This document shows positions 34,703-45,500 of a DNA stretch of 64,000 bases, in pieces; the stretch's first letter is position 1, and every line of letters begins with the position of its first letter. This DNA comes from Macrostomum lignano (Eukaryota), in NCBI GenBank assembly GCA_002269645.1, contig NIVC01000542.1:186001-250000 (forward strand). Direction: 5' to 3'. The position numbers and the translations under genes were made by a program. Below the pieces are notes generated by a model. The model did not search any database and was not told the DNA's origin. It saw nothing but the letters and a program-made list of their open reading frames with translations.

Positions 34703-36138
34703 GTACCTGATAAGTAGACGCTACCAATGATAATAGTACATTTATGCAAGGGTGGTCTCTGCTTACATTAAGCAGAGAGATAGGCCTAGAAGTTTAACAC
34801 TAGCACAACTTAGTGGCAGCAAGTAAGACTAACAAAAGAATAATTAAGAGCCCTGGGACAGCTTTTGGTGGCATAGTGAAATTATTATTAAAGACAGAAG
34901 TAACCCCTAGAACAATATCAATTTTAGGCCCCCCCCCCCTACAATTTAGAAATAAGACTAAGAGATTTAGAAACTAATAAATACTTTTTTACACTTTCTA
35001 CTCAATTATTATCTACATTTGACAAATTAAAAATTATACATGATACATACATGTACATCACATTTGTAATTTGTGGTATTGCAGATTTACTGTGTGAAAA
35101 GTTTGATATTTGATTTGCTTAAGCCTAACTAGGCCTACTTTACTTTACTTGCTATTTTCATTAGAACTTGAAAATGAAATAACATAAAATAATGCTGTTT
35201 TATCTGAAAATAGATCATTAACTCTATAGGCCTCACAATAAAAATGGAAGCAAAAAAAGTTTAAAAAGTTTAGTACAGGCATATTTTAGGTTAAAAAATG
35301 TCTATCTAGAAGCTTAAAAATCAGTATTTTTCTGATCCTTGGATTGACAAAATTCAACGTTTGAATTTCGGGATCCGGGGATCTCAAAAACCTGGATCTT
35401 GCAATCCCTAGTAGAAAGTAGCAAGCTGCCTATAAGTTTTGGTTGTATTGTATAGCTAATAATGGCTATATGATAATGAAATGAAGACAAAAGTGTAAGT
35501 GTAATTTCGTGTGAAAAGATTACCTTCATACATGAAGAAGCGGTAAATTAAGGGCCCTTATTAAGTAAATAATGCTCTAAACTACTTTGTCATACTAGCA
35601 AAACTATGACGATTAGCGAAACAAAAGAGACGTACTGTGAAGTGAATGTAACTTTAATTAAATGGATTGATTAGTCAACAAAAATGTAACGTAAAATATT
35701 TTTGAAAATTTAGAAAAAGCAATTTCAAACAAATCTTTGTATTTGTTTTATACAATGTGTAAGAAAAAAATTTCTGACGTTAGAACCAAACACAAAAAAT
35801 AAAACATTTAATATAAAATCCTGCGCTTTTACAAGTATAAATCTTATCAAGCCGGCCTTGAATTAATCCTGAAATGTTTTTAACAAATGTGGTAATCAAC
35901 TGAAGAGTATGTATTGCATTTCTTTTAAAGTGCCTAAATAATTTTTATAAATTATTGTATTTAATGAAATAATTTTCTAGAGCAGTTTTTAGAAGCAATT
36001 TAGGACCTAAATTGAATTTAATATTTCGTTTATGCGTTATTTGTTATATTAAAAAAAGCTGAATTTAGGCCTGATCCCTAATTCAGCTGTTCCTGTATTA
36101 TTGTCTCCTGTCTGATTTGATAATTTTTTACTGGCTTA

Positions 36139-39100
36139 ATGGCCAAATACATTGAAAAGCTTAATCGTATACGGGAAGCTATCAAGCTTAATGGAGGACT
36201 AAAAAACTCTCTGTTTACATTATACAGGTAATATTGTATTATAATTTATTGTCTTGACTTCTTTCAATCTTTGTATAACATAAGCTTGAATTTTATGAAA
36301 AAGCAGTAAACTGCTTGTAATTATTAATAGAGACAGCATATAGGAGACTTAAAACCACTTTTTTAAAGTATCAAAATTTATTGCATAGGCCATAGTGTTA
36401 ATTTAAATTATTTTAAATTTAAGACTAAGGTCTAGGCCTGGTTTCAGTCCATTTTGGCAAAAGCCCTGAGCCCACTTTGACAAAGGCCACTTTGGTAAAA
36501 GACCATTTTGGGGAATCCACTTTTAAGGAGGCTCACACTTTGTTTACATATATGTGCAACCTCCAAAATTTGGTTAGCTTTTGTTTTTAATTTGCTATTA
36601 AGTTACAAAAATATGTTAAAAAATTAAAAAAAAATTTTTTTCGTAAGTTAAAAAATTCATAACTAAAATAATGATAAAAAATATTTTGAATTAAGACATT
36701 ACCAATTACAAATTTCCATAGTCTAGCCAATTCCAAACCTCTGTTTTTTCTCAATCCATTTTGCATGCTGCTGCATGCTGATTTTTTTTTGCATGTTGCT
36801 GCATGCATGCAAAGTCTTACTACACAAGGTAATGCATATAGCGCAGTGGCTAAAAATCCTCTTAAATGCCACAAATTTATAGAGGAAATAGCATCTTCAA
36901 GAGAGTGGTACAAAACAAAGATTATCAATATACGAGTATATTAGGATACTATACTTGTGATTTGAAAAAAAAATTGGAGGCCAATTTTTAAATATTGATT
37001 TTGACTGTTTGACTGTAGAAGTATATATTGAAATAATTTTGTCTAATAGGTGTGTCGCAATGAGTAGAATATTTTAGGCAATTTTAAGGTAATGTGGGTC
37101 ATTCTTGTTGATTTACTAATATTGTGCTATCATTTTATAGCAACTATACTTTTATAGTAGGCCCCTAGTATACTTTTGTATTGCTAACTCATTTAGAATC
37201 AATGATAATCTTTTGGTAGCCTTGGAAATACCAGTTACAATAGAGAAAAAAGATACTAGGACAACAAATGGTTGCAATTTGACAGAGCTCAATGTATAAG
37301 ACTTTAAATAACTTAATTAATGCTTTTGCTTTGCAATTATAAAATTATAATTAGTCTCAAGAGTTAAAAGTCAAAACACTCTTAGAATACCAATACTTAT
37401 GTCATCTTGCACAAACATTAAAATAAAAAAATCAGCCTTAAAAATTCTACAAATCATGAATCTCCGAATGTACTACTATTGATCCTTGTTAAAAAACTTA
37501 GAAATAATTGTTAACTGCACTTGATAAACCAAGAATTACTGCACTTGATAAACCAAGGATTACTTTGCTTGATAGACCAAGGATTTCTGCGCTTGATAAG
37601 CCAAAGATTACTGCACTTGGCAAACAAAGGATTACTGCGCTTGATAAGCTTCGCTACATGTATGGGATTCTTTCTATCCAGGGATGCTTGCTATTTAGGG
37701 ATTCTTGCTATATACAAGATGCTTGCTATTTGGATGGATGCTTCTACAATATTTGGGGGATGCTTGCTATCTGGGTAGATGCTTGCTACAAGTATTAGGG
37801 GATGCTTGCTATCTGCGGTCCCTGGGTGTCCAAAAAGTAGTGATACTTTTAACTGTAGCTCTCATTCTGTAGCTTCCTGTGATTTAAAATTTTATGAACT
37901 GATAGCGGCAAATCTCTTCTACAGACTGCCTTTTGAATTTTTAAAATTGATACCAAAGAACAAAAGTTATACCCACGAAAATAACAGTACCTATACCATA
38001 GAAAAAACACAAATTATAGGCTGAGCTTCACGAGATCCATGCCGAGGAAGCTTCGATGAATTGTTGATTTTTGGCTTGTCCAACCTGTCAGTGATCTCTC
38101 TAATGGTCAAGAAGATCCAGAATGGAGTCCGCTAGTACATCAGGTCAATGAACGTATGGCCGCCCCGTTCAATGCTGATCTGCCAAGTCAGTCTTTCCCT
38201 TGCTGAACTGCTCCATCCATCGATAAACTGTCATTTTGCTGACCACAGAGGATCCGTGCACAGAGCAAAGTTTTGCGTGAATTTCTGAGGCACCATGGCC
38301 AGCGCCCCAAAGAGTGAAGATGGTACTTTGCTAAGCAACAACTGAGTGCACATTCATGTGTGTTGTCGAATATGGGCAATGAAATCATGAACGAATCGCA
38401 AAATGCAAGCTCCTCTGTTTGCAAGTAAAGTAATGCATGATGCTTTATTTTTCTGCGCCTGATCCCGTCCATAGATAAATTTCAGTCAGTCACAGTGAGC
38501 ATCATTTTGCAATTGGGGTTTGGTATTACTTAAACATGACATTTATCGATGCCTTTTTAATGAATGAGTGCAGAAGTCGACTATTATAAATTTTGATATA
38601 ATTTGTGTAACTCTATGGTACAGGTACTGTTACTTTTGTGGGTATAACTTTTGTTGTCTGGTATCAATTTTAAAAATTCAAAAAGCAGTCTGTAGAAGAG
38701 ATTTGCCACTATCAGTTCATACAATTTTAAATCACAGGAAGCTATAGAACGAGAGCTACGGTTAAAAGTATCACTACTTTTTGGACACCCCTCGTACTTT
38801 TGGAGAGGGTGCTTGCTATCTGGATGTATGCTTGCTGTCTTGGGAATATTTTCTATTTAGGGAGAATGTCTGTTATCTTTGTGAAAGCTATATTTTGTTG
38901 TCTGTTTGTTAATTAAAAAAAAAGAGATTCATAGCAAACATTTTTGACCGTGACAATTTTTACTCCAATAAGGTGATTCTTAAAAGTGAAGAAAGAATTG
39001 GTGTTTAAGAAAATGTGCTTTTTTATTTTTTCTATGAACTATTTTTGCTCCTTGCTTATTGGGTGCCCCGAAGGGGGGGCCGCACTAGATAGCTAGTTTA

Positions 39101-40761
39101 ATGCTAAATTGGCTATTTGGCACTTAAAATTTCATTTTCAAGTACCAGACAACCAGATTTATTCTCTGAAATAACTTTTATAACCCAAGTATCAATAAAC
39201 TCTACTTGCCTCAACCATAGCTATCCAAGAATACTAGCTGACCTTAATGTCTATAGGCTCTTTAAAGGGGCAACAACAAAGCTAGGGTTTGAAGTCCAAG
39301 CTATGAACATAAGATAAAAAGCTTATAGGCCCTTAGCAAATTTGGTAGGTCTACCTAGGAAGGGTTCAATAGTTGTCTAATAATCCATAGCATAGAAAGA
39401 CCAAGATAGATCTCTAGAGTAGAATATTTGTATGGCATGTCTAGAGCAAAAAATTGTTTCCCATTTGTGTACAAATTTTCAATATTGAATAAATATTACA
39501 AATGGCCTAGAACCATAGAACAGAAGCATTTTTAAATTATTTTTTAAACTTACATATGTGCATAACATATGTGCATGTGCATAGTTGCAAATTGCAAGTT
39601 TTAATAGTGCAAAAAAGCTATGCAAATTTAAAACTTATTTCTTCCTCAGTTAACAAGAAAAAAGGGTCCAAATGTACAAGTTTTGTTAATATGCCTGGAC
39701 TGCATTTGGATTTGTATAATAATTCTAGCCTGGCAAGAATAAACTACATAAGCACTAAAGTATTAAGCTAATGTTTCTTAAAAGTTTTTTCATAGGTATC
39801 TTTTTGTCATAGCAGCCTAACAAAGAAGGCTAAGTGCATTTATTAATGGTCTGTTTTAAATCATTTAAAAAACTGCTATAAAGAAAAAAGTTGCCAAATT
39901 ATTGTGCAAATGCAAAATGATGTTATTTGGATCATCAAAATGAGAGATTTAACCAAAAGTAGCATTGCTTTTGTGAAGCCCTTGTATTCTATATACAAAA
40001 ATGATTGGAGTAGTTTGGTGTCATTATTTACACAAAGTGATTGTTTAGTACCATCATTAAGTGAGTGTTTATACTAGCCATTAGCAATGTAATGGGCCAC
40101 AGCAACTGAGGATCTGGGAGGCTGACCCAGCAACTTAGGATCTGGGTCTTAAAAAAATTTTTCTGACATTTGATTATATGATTAATAATTTAGGTTTGCA
40201 AAAATAAATTATTGAATTCCTTTTTTACGAGTACATTATAATTATTTTGATCAAACCAAATTATAAAAAGTTAAAAGAAATTCAAAATTTGATTTGCATA
40301 ATACTTTGCATTATGTTTCACTTGTATGTACTCAACCAGTGGAATGGGTACATACATGTAAGCATGTGAATGCAGATGAGAATTCAGCCTTGTCTTCTCT
40401 CCCACCTACCATTTCTCACAGCACTGACGAGCTGAAGTGGGGGAAGCTGGTCGGAGAGGACAAGTATGGCAACAAGTACTTCGAGAACAACGAGTACTTC
40501 CTCGGCAGGAACCGCTGGGTGCACTATGCGCCCAAGCACGGACTTGAGTACGACGGCTCCCAGATCCCAGCCGAGTGGCACCGCTGGCTGCACAGCATGA
40601 CAGACGACCCGCCCAACAAGGTGCCGCCCTCTCCCCAGCACAAATGGTTGGCCGACCACGAGCAAAATCCCAGTGGAGTTAATCCCAGGCGCGAGTACGT
40701 GCCCTACTCAACCACGCGTCCAAAGATCGAGGCTTGGAAGCCACCGTCCAAGCCGCTGTAA
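36139..40761 (+). CDS. NDUFA12: NADH:ubiquinone oxidoreductase subunit A12 (B17.2), 142 aa. Exons 36139-36227 and 40422-40761
   Basis: Exon 1 MAKYIEKLNRIREAIKLNGGLKNSLFTLY(AG|GTAATA, phase 2). Exon 2 (TCACAG|C) TDELKWGKLVGEDKYGNKYFENNEYFLGRNRWV...QIPAEWHRWLH. Combined length is 429 nt, in frame. Confidence 0.92.
37510..37640. repeat. Short degenerate tandem repeat, 24 bp unit (GATTACTGCACTTGATAAACCAAG), about 5 copies
   Basis: Visible tandem units; explains ORFs LDKPRITA. Confidence 0.8.
37821..38793 (-). mobile_element. Internally deleted mariner/Tc1 DNA transposon with TIRs of about 195 bp and a pseudogenised transposase N-terminal HTH
   Basis: TIRs at about 37821-38017 and 38597-38793, with a few mismatches. 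The right end reads TA-CGAGGGTGTCC on the minus strand. A minus-strand frame from 38357 gives MNVHSVVA*QSTIFTLWGAGHGASEIHAKLCSVHGSSVVSKMTVYRWMEQFSKGKTDLADQH*TGRP, a mariner HTH with stops. Confidence 0.88.
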
Positions 40762-41704
40762 TGAGCAAAGCGAGGCTCGCCTTTGAGTCTGTTAAACTCT
40801 TAAGTATGGTTAGCCGTTAGCTTCTTGCGCACTCGGAACTCTACTCTTACAGAATTTGATCTGCGCGAGCTCTCTGCACAGCGCAGTTATTATCCTGTCC
40901 CCTATTGTTTATTTCCCCTCGACACCGATTGCCCCCAGTTTTCAGCAAAGAGAAATAAATATACGTAGGTGTGCTCGCCGAGTGTGGAAATGCTCTGCAG
41001 TCTAACCGCTGTCATTAGATTATTATAAGTTAGTTAACCTTAGAAATAACATGTTTTTTGGTAACTTTTTAATTTAGTTGCTAAGTGAATCTTACCAGCT
41101 TGCAGACATCGAACATAATTGGCTGGATATTTTTGCTTGTCAACAATTTTTAGTGCTTTTAGAGCAAGCGCATTGACACTGGGCAGGTGCAGGCATCGGA
41201 ATTTCCCATGAAGCCTACTGCGAGTAGTATGTGCTGCCTTGGTAGTGTGGATTCACGGTTATAGAAACTTACACGCGTTAAGCTTAAATGATATTATCGT
41301 CTGCAGTTAGTTTTCCGGATGGCCAGAATAAAGTTGGAAATATTTAGGGGCGTGTCATAAACAACAAGCACTCGCATGCCTTCCGTTGAAGGCCTCTAAT
41401 TTGACTCGGATAAGTTTTTCAACCCGGCGGTCAAGGCGCCGATAAACATGTACAGCCAGTAACATCACAAGAATCGGACTCAAATAATTGCAGCGGTGTG
41501 AACGAGTCTGAGTAAACTCATTTTATTCCAAATCCAGATTACAAAAAACAGCTGTCTAAAAATTAGTTTTAAGCTTCCTTCGTCTAATATGAAAGCCAGC
41601 CTTGGTGCCAATCGCGGAGTTCAAATGTTGCAATATAAATGTATTAATGCTGTGCTTTGTTTCCCAATATTACGAGTAATAGACAACATAAAGAGGGTCT
41701 AAAC

Positions 41705-41885
41705 GGTCAATGCTCAAGGAGTTGTTAAGATGCAAATCCTCAGAGTTGTTAAGATGCAAATCCTAAAGAAGGAGTTGTTGAGATGCCAATGCTCAAGCAG
41801 AGTTCTTAAGATGCCTTTCAATGGGAGTTGAGGTGCCAATGCTCAAAAGGAGTTGATGAGATGCTAATGAGTTGTTAAGATGTCA
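41705..41885. repeat. Degenerate tandem repeat of about 25 bp (GAGTTGTTAAGATGC core)
   Basis: About 7 imperfect copies between convergent 3' ends. Confidence 0.7.
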
Positions 41886-42586
41886 AGCCGAGGTTCAAAA
41901 GTAAATAGTTGCCGCAGGGCGAATATGTATTGCATTTGTACAATAAAAAGTTCCTCATCTTTGTTTTTATACGCATTTCCTAGAGAAAAAGAATTCAACT
42001 TTTACTTTTACTAAAATTCTACATGTGCGAGCGTATTTAAAAAACGCACAAAAGTAGAAAAGAAGAAATAATATTTTGTTGCACTTTACAAACTTCAACC
42101 AGCTCAGTCGATGTCGTACCGAAATTTAAATTTCCGCTATTAGCGTGATTAGCACCTGTTCCATCCACAAAGAAACGAAGACCTGCAAGCGAAAACAAAT
42201 TTTGAGCAAAAATCTGCCGCACAGAGAACTGCGATGTCCAATGCAGAACAAGAAATGCACTTTTGTTTATTTTTGATAAGGAGACATCTCATCTGTGCGC
42301 GACCCGCCTGACGGGGAGGCGAACGAGCTGTGGATAGAAAAACAGTTGCAGAAAAAGCAGAATCACGAGCGGCTGTCACAGCAGCTGGATAGCCAGCTGA
42401 TTGGGCAGTTTAGGGCTGGGTGTGCAGCTCTCAGAACTCAGGCCGCGGGTTTAGGGGAGACTGCGAAGGGCGAATCTTCAGAGTTAAAAAGAATGGGCGA
42501 ATGCCGACCCTGGCGTGTCTCAGGGCCAAACAGATGGGAAATGGGGTGGTTGGCGTCAGCCCAGCCAGAACGGGCTCGGCAGGCGC

Positions 42587-45500
42587 TTACTTGGCTGCCG
42601 CGGCCTTCTTGGCCTGAATCATCCGCACCAACTCCTTGTAGCGGACCATGCAGTCCCGCTTGGTCCGGCTGCCCACGGCGGAGGCCACGCGGTCCCAGCG
42701 GTCCGGGTCGCTGGCCGGGAATTTCCTCAGCGCGGCCTCCAGCAGCCGCTGCTCCTCGGCGCTCCACGGCGTTGGCACGCAAGCGGGGTCCCGCTGCGAG
42801 ATGTCCGAGTCCGCAGTTGCCGCCGCAGCCGCCGCTGTTGTCGCTTTGGCCGCTTCGGCAGCGACTCGGCCGGCGGCTTGTCTACGGGGTTCGGGAAGGT
42901 CGCGGCGTGAACGACAGGACTGATACACCAGCTGCAATTTTACTGACACACCAGCTGCAATTTTACTGACACACCAGCTGCAATTGTACTGACACACCAG
43001 CTGCAATTGTACTGACACACCAGCTGCAAGTGTACTGACACACCAGCTGCAAGTGTACTGACACACCAGCTGCAAGTGTACTGACACACCAGCTGCAATT
43101 GTACTGACACACCAGCTGCAAGTGTACTGACACACCAGCTGCAATTGTACTGACACACCAGCTGCAAGTGTACTGACACACCAGCTGCAAGTGTACTGAC
43201 ACACCAGCTGCAATTGTACTGACACACCAGCTGCAATTGTACTGACACACCAGCTGCAAGTGTACTGACACACCAGCTGCAAGTGTACTGACACACCAGC
43301 TGCAAGTGTACTGACACACCAGCTGCAATTGTACTGACACACCAGCTGCAATTGTACTGACACACCAGCTGCAAGTGTACTGACACACCAGCTGCAAGTG
43401 TACTGACACACCAGCTGCAAGTGTACTGACACACCAGCTGCAATTGTACTGACACACCAGCTGCAAGTGTACTGACACACCAGCTGCAAGTGTACTGACA
43501 CACCAGCTGCAAGTGTACTGACACACCAGCTGCAAGTGTACTGACACACCAGCTGCAATTGTACTGACACACCAGCTGCAATTGTACTGATACACCAGCT
43601 GCAAGTGTACTGACACACCAGCTGCAAGTGTACTGACACACCAGCTGCAAGTGTACTGACACACCAGCTGCAAGTGTACTGACACACCAGCTGCAAGTGT
43701 ACTGACACACCAGCTGCAAGTGCACTGACACACCAGCTGCAAGTGTACTGACACACCAGCTGCAAGCACACAGTCATACTGTCAACAGCACCTGTGTAGA
43801 TGCCTGTCTCACCTGTTAGCCTCGGCTCTGAGCGCATCGTCCGACGAATTTTTTGCGAGCTCCTTCGCCTTGCGCAGAGCCGACTTCGCGTCAACCTCCA
43901 CCACGGGCTGTTGCGGCTGCTGCATCGGCGCCGAGGTGGCCGCTGCCGCCTCCCAGTGGGCGTTGACGTATTCTGCCACCTTTTCCCACCGGGCCCCGGT
44001 GCCTGCCGGGAACAGCTTCACAGCCTTCACCAGGGCGCACAGCTGACCGTAATTCCATTGCGACTCTGCAGGAGGCCGATTGGGGATTTCGAACTGCTGG
44101 GATAAATAAAAACCGCAACCACTCCGTCCCATTGACTGCGAGTCGCCGCCCCCACCCACTGAGTGCCTGCTTTCCGCCCCGCCCTTTGCTCCACTGACCG
44201 CCTGCCCCGCCGCTATCCGCCGCAGCCGCCTGCTTTCGCTCCTTCTGCTGCACCGCTGCCGCCTCCGTTTCGGCCCGCCGCCTCTCGCGGAGCTCCGTCA
44301 CGGCGGCCTCCAGTAGAGGCCCGGCAGCACCGTCAGTAGCGCCGGCCAAGCGGTCTCGCAGCTGCATCAGCTCTCCAGCCTCCAGACCGTCAGCCAGCAG
44401 CCCGACCGCCTCCATGCGGGCCACCCGCACGGAGTCGGCGTCGCCAGCGGTCAAGAAGAAGTCGGCCGACTTGGCGAGCGCACGGAAAGCCTTGCGGGCC
44501 TCCTTCAACGCCTTTTTGACGGCCTCGCGGTCCCGGCGCTGCCGCTCTGCCTCCGCGCGGGCCGCCGCCTCAGCGGCCTCCTCGGCAGCCCGACGCGCTG
44601 CCGCAGCCTCTGCTTCGGCTGTCTCGGCGGCTCGCCTGCGCTGTTCGGCGGCCTCCGCCTTGGCCTGCGGGAGGAACGGGAATTATTCCTGAATAATTTC
44701 TGAAGCAGCATCAAAGATGGGAATCCGATAAACTGAGAGCGGCTGCGCACCTGCTTGGCCTTCTGCTTGGCGCGGGCCTCCTCTTCCTTGAACCTGGCCA
44801 GTCGCGGGTCGCAGTCCCGCGCCGCGTCCACCAGGCCACGCAGCCGCCGCGTCTCATCACGCCGTCGTCGCTGCCGGGCCTCGCGATTCTGGCGCTCGAT
44901 CCAGCGGCGCTCCTCGCGATTCTCACCCTTCTCCTTGTCCTCCTCGTCCAGGTAGGAGAACTCCCGCCAGGAGTCGAAGTCGTACCAGAACGAATAAAAA
45001 TCCTCGACTGTCTCGCGCGAGTCCGAGCTGGTGCCGAGTTGCGGCACCGGCTGGCGCCGGGACCAGCGCGAGTTGGCCGCAAAGGCCGGGCCGAAAACGG
45101 CGAAGAAGTCGGCGCCGCCGCGGGTGACGTCGCTCGCCGTCGGGACGGTGTTGTCGAATTGCGGATCGACGCTGTCATATGCGCGTCGTCGGTCGCGACT
45201 GCCAAGCGTTTCCCAGGCTGTTTGGGCGGTCGGCAAGAGATCCGAATGTTGAAAATACTAGGGAGATGGGGAATCCAGGTGGGCAATGGGACTCACGAAC
45301 ATGGGGAATCCAGGTGGGCAATGGGACTCACGGACATGGGGAATCCAGATGGGCAATGGGACTCACGGACATGGGGAATCCAGATGGACAATGGGACTCA
45401 CGGACATGGGGAATCCAGGTGGGCAATGGGACTCACGGACATGGGGAATCCAGATGGGCAATGGGACTCACGGACATGGGGAATCCAGGTGGGCAATGGG

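Noticed and set aside
35369-35410. hAT-like terminus (TAGGGATTGCAA on the minus strand)
   Set aside because: No partner end or TSD was found, so it is not annotated as an element.
40344-40357. Alternative tiny NDUFA12 first exon ATGGGTACATACAT|GTAAGC
   Set aside because: It is phase-compatible but would lose the conserved N-terminal GG-containing segment, which is present at 36139-36227.
42900-43894. Repeat-derived N-terminal extension of the DNAJC2 last exon in the ORF track
   Set aside because: Phase-2 splicing from 43813 to 42881 gives the expected protein; the 23-bp array is intronic.
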